64,000 bases of DNA from Nanobdellota archaeon (lineage in GTDB: Archaea > Nanobdellota > Nanobdellia > Pacearchaeales > GW2011-AR1), in assembly GCA_030648155.1 (NCBI GenBank), contig JAUSIK010000008.1:136495-200494 (forward strand). Reading direction: 5' to 3'. The translations under genes were made by a program, and so were the position numbers. The notes under the pieces were generated by a model. The model worked only from the letters and a program-made list of their open reading frames with translations. It was not told the origin of the DNA and searched no databases. Below, piece after piece: positions 19,192 to 27,020 of the stretch (its first letter is position 1; every line of letters begins with the position of its first letter).

Positions 19192-19272
19192 CGCCCAGAC
19201 CAGGAATCGAACCTGGAAGTCCTTGCGGACCGCGAGTTCCAATCGCGTGCAGTACCATTGTGCCATCTGGGC
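19192..19272 (-). tRNA. tRNA-Ser (anticodon GGA), no intron
   Basis: Hand-folded. Acceptor GCCCAGA/TCTGGGC. Anticodon arm CGCGA-TTGGAAC-TCGCG. Variable arm GTCC-GCAA-GGAC. T arm CCAGG-TTCGATT-CCTGG. Confidence 0.9.
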
Positions 19273-19312
19273 TAAAAATCTTTAGAAAATAGCACTTATA
19301 AAACTAACTAAA

Positions 19313-19924
19313 TTATGCAACTGGATTGCTAAAAAAGGCATCATCATCAAAATATCCATTAAACTCTTTCAAAAAATGATGCATCATCCTGTCAAAATCC
19401 TCAAATATTTCTCTCTCAAAAAAATCTTCAATTTCATTAGGATATTCTAAAAAATCATCAAATAAATCCTGTCTTCTTCTATAGCTCTTCACAAGTTGAG
19501 GAATAAATTGTCCAATATTAGACGCTAATTGTGTTAAAACATGTTCCTCTCCAAAACATTTCCTGCTGATAAGGTATGCTATTTTCCTTGTTCTTATTTC
19601 ATCATAAACTCCTAAGGCATGAATATACTCGTGCAGTAAAACATGAAAGACATAATAAGGAACCAGTTTAGGATTAGAATTAAACAAATTATCTATTGGC
19701 TCGCTATTTATCGTAATAACATTTGTATGATAATTATAAAACCCTCCAACAAATCGATTATTTTCTGTTCCTAAGTTTAATATTCTTAATTTAATTCCAT
19801 TCCTTTCATATCCAGTAAAATCCGCTATTATATCTTTTACAATTTCAAATACTTCATTTAAAGACTCCGACTTCCTTATTTTTTCGTCATATTTCTTCAT
19901 CGTTTTTACCGTCGCTAACTTCAT
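19313..19924 (-). CDS. putative HExxH zinc metallopeptidase-like protein
   Basis: FHVLLHEYIHALG contains HExxH. No other family features were recognised. Confidence 0.45.
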   Translation of the reverse strand: MKLATVKTMKKYDEKIRKSESLNEVFEIVKDIIADFTGYERNGIKLRILNLGTENNRFVGGFYNYHTNVITINSEPIDNLFNSNPKLVPYYVFHVLLHEYIHALGVYDEIRTRKIAYLISRKCFGEEHVLTQLASNIGQFIPQLVKSYRRRQDLFDDFLEYPNEIEDFFEREIFEDFDRMMHHFLKEFNGYFDDDAFFSNPVA

Positions 19925-19961
19925 CTTTAAGATTATTTAAATATTTGTGACAACTGAAGAG

Positions 19962-20612
19962 TTAATTGTTATTTTCCTTCCATTTATTATAAAAAATATT
20001 AAAAGATTTTTTGACTTTTTCTGCTACTTCTTCCTTAGTTCCCCTGCCGTTAATTTCAACTACCTCTCCAAATAACTCTTTTGCGTCATTTCTGTTAATT
20101 AAATTATTATAATGGGCAATCAAATCCCTTTGAAATTCAAAGTTTTCAAATTTCTCCCTAGCATCTCCCCTTTTTTGCATTCTATCTTTAGCAATTTCAG
20201 CTGAAGTGCTAATAAAAATATTCAATGTTGGGCTTAAAATTCTTTCATCCTCGTGCATTTTTAATAATTTATACAAATTTACTCCTTGAGTCCATTGATA
20301 AGCACAAGTAGACAATTTATATCTATCACAAAGTACAAAATACCCTCGCCCCAATAAATTGTCAATTTCCTCTGAATGATTTAACCTATCCTTAATGTAT
20401 AAGCCTGCCATTTTAATGCCATCAGAATACGCTTCCTCATCTTCTTTTAATCTCGACTTTATCTCTTTGCTTTTCCATGGCTCATGAGTCTTAACAACAT
20501 CCTGATACTTATCTAAACTTTCAATATGTTCAATAAGCTTATTCAGTTGAGTTCCTTTTCCACTCCCGTCTATTCCTTCAAAAACTACAAACATTCCTCT
20601 TTTATTATCCAT
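19962..20612 (-). CDS. tmk: thymidylate kinase
   Basis: P-loop FVVFEGIDGSGKGTQ, a DRY-type motif (CDRYKLS), and a LID region with RGD. Confidence 0.85.
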   Translation of the reverse strand: MDNKRGMFVVFEGIDGSGKGTQLNKLIEHIESLDKYQDVVKTHEPWKSKEIKSRLKEDEEAYSDGIKMAGLYIKDRLNHSEEIDNLLGRGYFVLCDRYKLSTCAYQWTQGVNLYKLLKMHEDERILSPTLNIFISTSAEIAKDRMQKRGDAREKFENFEFQRDLIAHYNNLINRNDAKELFGEVVEINGRGTKEEVAEKVKKSFNIFYNKWKENNN

Positions 20613-20720
20613 TTTCTAGAAGAAATAATTATAGTGATATAAATAATTAATTGTTATGAAATATAGATTTACCCATCTATATCTTTAAATACCAAAAATA
20701 TTTTCCCATATAATAAAAAG

Positions 20721-22388
20721 ATGGCGAAAAAATATAATTCTTGGGAAGAAGTTCCTAAAGAAATAAAGACAAAATTAGAAGATTACTTTTCAAATGTTGG
20801 AGGAACTACATTTGTTATCTATGGTTTGCCTCCAGAACTTACAGGAGGCGCTCTAGCAAGATATTCCAGAGCTTCAACAGGTATGCAATTAACTCTTCTA
20901 AACGAATTCCTTGACGAAAATGGAGTTCCTTCACAAGCAAAAGGAACAGAACTAATGGATCGTGTTCTTAATGCTTATGGGGATGATTCAGTTGGTGAAT
21001 TAGAAGGAGTGCATGTAGGCATTGAAGATATTTCTCAAATAGGGACTAAATTTATTGAAGACAGACGCATTGGAGGATCTCCTATAGAACAATCAACAAG
21101 ATATGTAAAATACGATTTAAAAGACAAAAATGGAAAATGGAGATATCTTCGTCCTAAAGAAATCACAGAATCTGGAAAATTAGATTTATTTGAATCAGTA
21201 AATGATTCTGCATTTGGTGTATATTCAGAGGGAGTAAAAAGGTTAACAGAGTATTTTAAGAATCAACTTCCAAAAGATAAATTTTCAATAGAAGGAATAA
21301 GAGATGGAAAAAAAGTAAAATTAATAGAAAAAGAACTACTTGACGAAGTTGAAAAAAAAGCATTCCAAACAGCTTACAATTTTACAGTAAGATGTGCTGC
21401 ACTTGACGTTGGAAGATGTGTCCTTCCCTCTTCAACACTAACCCATTTAGGAATCTTTGGAAATGGAAGATTTATGACAAATCTGATAACTTATATGAAA
21501 AGCAATGAGCTCCATGAAGCGAGAGATAGAGGTTCAGAACTAGAAAAAGAGTTAGATAAAGTAATCCCTACTTTCGTCAAAAGAAATAGAATCAACCCTA
21601 AAGTTATTGAAATAAACAAACAAATGAGAAATATTGCCCATGAATTATTTTCAACAATTAAACCGCACGATAAAAAAGTAACTCTGACAAACAGGTCAGA
21701 TTATCTAAATGAAGTAGTCGCATCAAGTTTATTCCCTTACACTAATATTTCATTAAACCAAATAATTGAAGAAACTGAAAAACTATCTACCGATAAAAAA
21801 AATGAAATCTTAAATATTTATATGGGTAATAGAGAAACTAGAAGAGATAGAACTGGAAGAGGGTTTGAAGCAGGCTATCCAATAACTTTCGATTTAGTGG
21901 GGGGATTTGCAGAATATCGGGATCTTGAAAGACACAGAATGCTAACTCAACAAAGACAAGATTTAACAACAGACCTTGGATTTATAATGCCTTCAGAAAT
22001 GATAGAAGTAGGGATGGAGAAAGAAGTGCGAGAAGTGGTTGAAAAAATGGAATACCTTAATAGCGAAATAAAAAATACTGGACAATATAACGCGGCCCAA
22101 TATGCCACTCTGTTTAATCATAGAATGAGGTTTATGTTAGGAATGAATCTAAGAGAATTCCAGCATCTTTCAGAATTAAGAACACAACCTGCTGGACACT
22201 TTAGTTATAGAAGCATGGTAATGGAAATGGGAAGGGAACTAGAAAAAAGAGACCCTTGGGCCGCCAATGCATATGGATTTATTAATTACAGTGATCCAGA
22301 TAATAAAATTACTAGAGCAAATGAACAATCCAAAATAGCTGGAAAAAACCTTGCAAAAAAAATAGATGATAATACCGAATTTGATTAA
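20721..22388 (+). CDS. thyX: long-form ThyX-like FAD-dependent thymidylate synthase
   Basis: 555 aa. YRDLERHRMLTQQRQ resembles the ThyX RHRxxS signature. A degenerate first copy (ALARYSRAST) suggests a fused pseudo-dimer. It is divergent from tmk. Confidence 0.6.
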   Translation: MAKKYNSWEEVPKEIKTKLEDYFSNVGGTTFVIYGLPPELTGGALARYSRASTGMQLTLLNEFLDENGVPSQAKGTELMDRVLNAYGDDSVGELEGVHVGIEDISQIGTKFIEDRRIGGSPIEQSTRYVKYDLKDKNGKWRYLRPKEITESGKLDLFESVNDSAFGVYSEGVKRLTEYFKNQLPKDKFSIEGIRDGKKVKLIEKELLDEVEKKAFQTAYNFTVRCAALDVGRCVLPSSTLTHLGIFGNGRFMTNLITYMKSNELHEARDRGSELEKELDKVIPTFVKRNRINPKVIEINKQMRNIAHELFSTIKPHDKKVTLTNRSDYLNEVVASSLFPYTNISLNQIIEETEKLSTDKKNEILNIYMGNRETRRDRTGRGFEAGYPITFDLVGGFAEYRDLERHRMLTQQRQDLTTDLGFIMPSEMIEVGMEKEVREVVEKMEYLNSEIKNTGQYNAAQYATLFNHRMRFMLGMNLREFQHLSELRTQPAGHFSYRSMVMEMGRELEKRDPWAANAYGFINYSDPDNKITRANEQSKIAGKNLAKKIDDNTEFD

Positions 22389-22409
22389 AATTCGAAATTA
22401 AATTCAAAA

Positions 22410-23048
22410 ATGAAAAACCAATTTGACACAATTATATTTGATTGGAGCGGAACTATTAGCGACGATCGAATACCGGTTTATGAATCAAATAAAAGACTTT
22501 TAAAAAGGTATGGTGTTAACCTGCCAGAATTTAAAGAATGGCTATTTTCAACTAATGGTTCAATTATATCTTATTTTGATAGTGTTGGAGTAATAGAAGA
22601 AAAAGAAAAAATATTTAGTTCTTATAAAATAGCTTACAGCGAAGTAGTAAAGGAAGGATTAGCACCAACAAGTTACCAGGATGCCTTTTCAGTACTTGAG
22701 AAATTAAGAAATAAAAATAAGTTGTTAACAATAGTAAGCAGTCATCCTCAAATTAATCTAGAGGAAGAAGTGATCAACTACGAAATGGGGCAATTTTTTA
22801 AAATAATTAAAGGAAATGCCATAGACAAATCATCAGATATAACTCAAATTATAGAAAGAACACAATCTTCATTGGACAGAGTCATCTATATTGGGGATAT
22901 GGTTCAAGACATTAATGCGGCTTCAAAAGCAGGTATTTCTTGCGCGGTCGTTACAACTGGCTATCATTCAAGGGAAAGACTGGAAAGCGCAAACCCTCCT
23001 TTAGGAGTATTTAACAATTTAACAGAGTTATCTAAAATTTTAATCTAA
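22410..23048 (+). CDS. HAD-superfamily hydrolase
   Basis: Motif I is IIFDWSGTI (D-x-S rather than D-x-D). Motif II is VSS. Motif IV is GDMVQDINAASKAGI. Confidence 0.7.
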   Translation: MKNQFDTIIFDWSGTISDDRIPVYESNKRLLKRYGVNLPEFKEWLFSTNGSIISYFDSVGVIEEKEKIFSSYKIAYSEVVKEGLAPTSYQDAFSVLEKLRNKNKLLTIVSSHPQINLEEEVINYEMGQFFKIIKGNAIDKSSDITQIIERTQSSLDRVIYIGDMVQDINAASKAGISCAVVTTGYHSRERLESANPPLGVFNNLTELSKILI

Positions 23049-23662
23049 ACACCACTCAAATACTCCTTAACAAAAGGCCAGCTTAATAGTGTCCAAGATT
23101 CAACTTTATAATTAGAATCACTAAATATTATTTCTAATTCGCCAACACTATAAAATTTTCCCTCAACCATTTCATTATCCCCTTTGCTTACTTCCTCAAA
23201 AGTCTCCGCCAAAGCGACAATTCCTAAGTGAACTCTCCCAACAGAATCAGAATCATCGTTTAAAAATCCTACAATTTTAGGTTTTGGATATGTGTTCATT
23301 TTAACCTCTTCCATTAATTCCCTTATCATTGCATTTTCTATTGGATTATCAGAATCCTCTCGGTCTATATGTCCACCAACCCCACAGCTAATTTTATCCA
23401 TTAACCTAATCTCGCTGTAATTTTCTTTTCCACTAGCGCGTTTATATGCAAAAATTTTCTTTTCTTTAGGATTAACAAGCCATACATAGGGAATTACTTG
23501 CTTAAGGTTTTCATTGTTCTCTAACTCATCTCCCCTTATTTGATACTCATAATTTTCCAAAATTATCCTTCCAAAATCATATTCACTAAAAGGCAAAAAA
23601 CCTTGAAATTTTTTTTCCTGAAATAATATCTCTTTTTTAACAACAAGCGCCTCTTTTACCAT
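23045..23662 (-). CDS. NUDIX hydrolase
   Basis: Nudix box GGHIDREDSDNPIENAMIRELMEEV. The track ORF extends to 23731 and would overlap rps10. The ATG at 23660-23662 (MVKEALVV) is the more plausible start. Confidence 0.7.
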   Translation of the reverse strand: MVKEALVVKKEILFQEKKFQGFLPFSEYDFGRIILENYEYQIRGDELENNENLKQVIPYVWLVNPKEKKIFAYKRASGKENYSEIRLMDKISCGVGGHIDREDSDNPIENAMIRELMEEVKMNTYPKPKIVGFLNDDSDSVGRVHLGIVALAETFEEVSKGDNEMVEGKFYSVGELEIIFSDSNYKVESWTLLSWPFVKEYLSGV

Positions 23663-23702
23663 AAAACAATTATTATTTTTTAGTTTAAAAATATTATCGT
23701 GA

Positions 23703-24008
23703 TTACTTAATCTCAATCTTAATCTGAACACTTCTTGGAATTTGCAATTTCATTATAGGATGCAAAATTCTATCTTCAGCAGGAATGTCTATAATTCTTC
23801 TATGAACTCTCATCTCAAATCTATCAAAAGTAGCTGTTCCTCTTCCATCAGGGCCTTTTCTTGTAGTAACTTTTAGTCTTTTAGTAGGTAAAGGTATTGG
23901 TCCTCTCATAACAACCCCTACCCTAGTAGTAATATCCTTTATCATACCCACAACTGCGTTTAATGATTCTATATCTATACTCCCCAGCTTAATTCTTACC
24001 TTCGGCAT
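23703..24008 (-). CDS. rps10: 30S ribosomal protein S10 (uS10)
   Basis: MPKVRIKL...MRGPIPLPTKRLKVTTRKGPDGRGTATFDRFEMRVHRRIIDI. The start is taken at ATG 24006-24008; the track used an upstream TTG. Confidence 0.9.
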   Translation of the reverse strand: MPKVRIKLGSIDIESLNAVVGMIKDITTRVGVVMRGPIPLPTKRLKVTTRKGPDGRGTATFDRFEMRVHRRIIDIPAEDRILHPIMKLQIPRSVQIKIEIK

Positions 24009-24039
24009 AGCCAACTTAGAAAAAATCAGTTTTTAAATC

Positions 24040-24258
24040 TTTAGCTTTTGAAAAAAGCTAAATGAGATAGAGATTTTTCTATCTCTAGATCTTCTGCTTA
24101 TGCAGAATGAGACAAAGATCGCAGTCTTTGTATCTTTAGCTTTTGAAAAATATCTAAGCGAAGATAATGAGTGGGCTGGCACGCCGCGTTGTGCCAGGCC
24201 CTTTCATCCCAGCCATGTGGGATGAATATGATAAATTTACAAAATTAGTACACTTTTT
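24040..24258. ncRNA. candidate structured RNA: seven consecutive hairpins (function unknown)
   Basis: Hairpins at 24040-24062, 24064-24085, 24092-24107, 24112-24131, 24173-24201 (GGGCTGGCAC/GTGCCAGGCCC), 24203-24226 (TTCATCCCA/TGGGATGAA), plus a weaker one. There is a 19-nt direct repeat atctttagcttttgaaaaa at 24037 and 24132, and a T5 run at about 24253. The spacer is unusually long (295 bp). Confidence 0.3.
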
Positions 24259-24309
24259 AAGCCTTCCGAAGATATCTTTAAATATCTAAAATCCAATTCA
24301 AATAGAAAG

Positions 24310-26028
24310 ATGGTGTCAGATTTATTCTCTCAATTAAGTATAATAATTGCCCTAGCTCTTGTAGTTTCAATAATTACCTCTATCCTTAAACAGCCTTTAA
24401 TAATTGGATATATAATAACAGGAATTTTAATAAGTCCGCATTTTCTCAATATTGTTTCCCTCGAAAATAATATTTTGGCACTTTCAAAATTAGGTGTTGT
24501 GTTCCTTTTATTTATGGTAGGACTCAATCTAAATCCAAAAATAATAAAAGAAGTTGGCAAAGTAGCATTGATAACAGGTATTTTACAAATAATAATTACC
24601 AGCTCTATAGTTTTTTTGATATCTAAAATTCTAAGTTTCACAACAATTCAATCTATTTACATTGCTATTGCTCTTACTTTCAGCAGTACAATTATTATAA
24701 TGAAATTGTTAACTGATAAAGGAGAAATAAATACCCTTCCTGGAAAGATATCTATAGGGATATTGATTATTCAAGATCTGCTCGCAATTGCCCTTCTCAT
24801 GATTATTTCCTCACTTTCTGAAAAAAATAATCTTGTCTCTTTTGCCTTAGAAGTTTTGCTTAAAGGGACAGGACTCATAATTGTTCTATTTTTAATTGGC
24901 ATTTATTTTTTGCCAAAATTAACAAAAAAAATAGCTAAATCTCAAGAACTGCTCTTGTTATTTTCAATAGCCTGGTGCCTCTCAATTGCAAGCATATTTT
25001 ATTACTTTCATTTTTCAATTGAAGTAGGGGCATTAATAGCGGGCATAACTCTTTCTTTATCACCGTATAGATTCGAAATAAGCTCTAGGCTAAGACCGTT
25101 AAGAGATTTCTTTCTGCTAATGTTCTTCATTCTCTTAGGTTCTCAAATGATTTTTACTAATATTGAAAGTCTTTTAGCTCCAATCATAATTTTTTCAATA
25201 ATCATCCTCATCCTTAACCCTCTAATTACTATATTCCTAATGAGTTTGCAAGGCTATAGAAAAAGAAATAGCTTCCTAACTGGTATAAATCTAACTCACA
25301 TAAGTGAATTCTCATTTATTTTGTTATCAATGGCATTAAGCCTTGGCCATATTCAAAAAGAAATTCTTTCTCTTGTAACTATCATTGCCCTAATAACAAT
25401 GGCCGGATCAAGCTATTTAGTTCTTTATTCTAATAAAGCATATAGCCTGCTTTCCCCCTTCCTTTCAGTATTTGAAAGAAAAAGAAAAAAAATAGATGAA
25501 GGAAAATATCATCAAGATGAAGAATATGATGTTATATTATTAGGTTATAATAGAATAGGGTTTGACCTTTTAGAGTCTTTAAAAAAGCTAAATAAAAGAT
25601 TTTTAGTAGTAGATTATAACCCAGATACTATAAAACAACTTATAAAGCAAGGAATAGACTGCAGATATGGGGATGCAGGCGATTCAGAACTATTAGACGA
25701 TTTAAATATTTCAAATTCTAAAATGATAATTTCCACAATCCCTGAAATTGATACAAATATCTTAATAATCAGAAAAATAAGATCTATCAATAAAAAAGCA
25801 ATAATAATAGCCATCTCACACCAAATTGATGAAGCATTGAGATTATACGAAGAAGGAGCAGCATATGTTATAATGCCTCACTTTTTAGGAGGCCAATTCA
25901 CTTCTCGTTTGATCGAAGAATATAATTTTAATTCAGAAAAATTCTTAAAAGAGAGAAATGCCCATATTCAAAAATTAAAGAGTAGAAAGAAAAAGGGGCA
26001 AGAACATCCCAAACACGAAAGAGGCTAA
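24310..26028 (+). CDS. CPA2 (Kef-type) cation:proton antiporter with C-terminal TrkA-N/RCK domain
   Basis: About 12 TM Na+/H+-exchanger-like N-domain, followed by the Rossmann motif VILLGYNRIGFDL. Confidence 0.8.
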   Translation: MVSDLFSQLSIIIALALVVSIITSILKQPLIIGYIITGILISPHFLNIVSLENNILALSKLGVVFLLFMVGLNLNPKIIKEVGKVALITGILQIIITSSIVFLISKILSFTTIQSIYIAIALTFSSTIIIMKLLTDKGEINTLPGKISIGILIIQDLLAIALLMIISSLSEKNNLVSFALEVLLKGTGLIIVLFLIGIYFLPKLTKKIAKSQELLLLFSIAWCLSIASIFYYFHFSIEVGALIAGITLSLSPYRFEISSRLRPLRDFFLLMFFILLGSQMIFTNIESLLAPIIIFSIIILILNPLITIFLMSLQGYRKRNSFLTGINLTHISEFSFILLSMALSLGHIQKEILSLVTIIALITMAGSSYLVLYSNKAYSLLSPFLSVFERKRKKIDEGKYHQDEEYDVILLGYNRIGFDLLESLKKLNKRFLVVDYNPDTIKQLIKQGIDCRYGDAGDSELLDDLNISNSKMIISTIPEIDTNILIIRKIRSINKKAIIIAISHQIDEALRLYEEGAAYVIMPHFLGGQFTSRLIEEYNFNSEKFLKERNAHIQKLKSRKKKGQEHPKHERG

Positions 26029-26678
26029 TCTTCTCCAAATTCTTCTACGCCAACCGCGATCTCGTGAATAGTATAGCTTATTCTCAAAATTATCTCCAAA
26101 AATAAGATGCTTGCAAGAAAATAGGCAATATTCCCAAATAATATAGGTATTTCTTTCAGTTTATCAAAGAAATCAAATTTTGCAAATAGATTCGGAGATA
26201 ATAGATATATAGATAAAGTTATGAAAGGAAATAATTTAGCAAGCTCACGAGAAAGATCTTCCTTAAGATAAGATAGAATTCTAATAGACATTACAATCCC
26301 TCCAGACAAGAATAAAATCTGCTGCATTGCACTGTCCGGAACTAAAAGAAGAAGAACTATAGATAATGCGAGAAACCACAAAATTATTAATGCAGGCATA
26401 ATTAAAATATATTCTATAAAGTAAAGAAAGAGGGCTAACAATTTTCTTCCAACAGGATGATCCGAAGTATTATACTCTTTCAAATTTAAAGCAATAAAAT
26501 TTCTTTTGGATAATGTGGCATAAAATCCCCATATTAAAAATACGAGTAGAGTGATAAAAACAGCCGCGATAAATAACTTAGTAATCAAAAACAAAGGCGT
26601 TGGAATAGAAACTGAAAGGTAACTGTATCCGATACCGATACTATCAATGAAATTATTTATCGCCCCCATTATTTTCAA
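26025..26678 (-). CDS. polytopic membrane protein (217 aa)
   Basis: Hydrophobic helices only. Confidence 0.45.
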   Translation of the reverse strand: MKIMGAINNFIDSIGIGYSYLSVSIPTPLFLITKLFIAAVFITLLVFLIWGFYATLSKRNFIALNLKEYNTSDHPVGRKLLALFLYFIEYILIMPALIILWFLALSIVLLLLVPDSAMQQILFLSGGIVMSIRILSYLKEDLSRELAKLFPFITLSIYLLSPNLFAKFDFFDKLKEIPILFGNIAYFLASILFLEIILRISYTIHEIAVGVEEFGED

Positions 26679-26726
26679 TATTGCCTATTCTTTATAAATT
26701 TGGTTATAATCTAGATAAAAGTTAAA

Positions 26727-26894
26727 TTAGTATTGTTCACCTGGAAAAGCACGTGATTGTGTATAATCTAGATTTTGCTTCTCGAATTGGGCTTCATATT
26801 TTGGATCCCGTTTACTTAATTCACTCGTAACTCTACTTTCTAAAACTCTGTATTTTTCAAGTTCCCTTTCTTCATTTCTTTTATCGTTTGTCAT
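26727..26894 (-). CDS. 55-aa hydrophilic ORF
   Basis: Hand-translated: MTNDKRNEERELEKYRVLESRVTSELSKRDPKYEAQFEKQNLDYTQSRAFPGEQY*. It is preceded by a TATA box and the conserved motif at 26925..26943. Confidence 0.3.
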   Translation of the reverse strand: MTNDKRNEERELEKYRVLESRVTSELSKRDPKYEAQFEKQNLDYTQSRAFPGEQY

Positions 26895-26924
26895 ATCTAC
26901 TTTAAAAAAAGCCCCTATTTAAAT

Positions 26925-26943
26925 CTTTCTATTTGTAACCACT
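26925..26943 (-). promoter_or_regulatory. conserved upstream motif AGTGGTNACAAATAGAAAG + TATA (copy 1; copy 2 at 61665..61683)
   Basis: Minus strand AGTGGTTACAAATAGAAAGATTTAAATAGGGGCTTTTTTTAAAGTAGATATG aligns with AGTGGTGACAAATAGAAAGGTTTATAAATTGGTTTTTTGAGTATTGGATATG upstream of 61640. Confidence 0.4.
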
Positions 26944-27020
26944 ATATAATAACACTAATAATTATGTTCTATTCAAAATCAATCATTTAAATTTAAATAA
27001 CCACTCCGCCTATAAAAAGA

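Noticed and set aside
23663-23731. N-terminal extension of the NUDIX ORF (MFRLRLRLSNHDNIF...) overlapping rps10.
   Set aside because: It would overlap the conserved C-terminus of uS10 by 29 nt on the same strand. The internal ATG at 23662 gives a normal NUDIX N-terminus.
24015-24309. Identification of the hairpin-rich spacer as SRP RNA, RNase P RNA, a C/D or H/ACA sRNA, or a c-di-AMP (ydaO) riboswitch.
   Set aside because: CCAGGCCC resembles part of SRP helix 8, but the GGAA/GNAR loop and AGCA motifs are absent. No GAGGAAAGUCC-type RNase P core is present. There is no C (RUGAUGA)/D (CUGA) pair and no ACA box in a proper position. No ACGGGG/CCGA-type ydaO blocks were recognised. It is kept only as an unassigned candidate.
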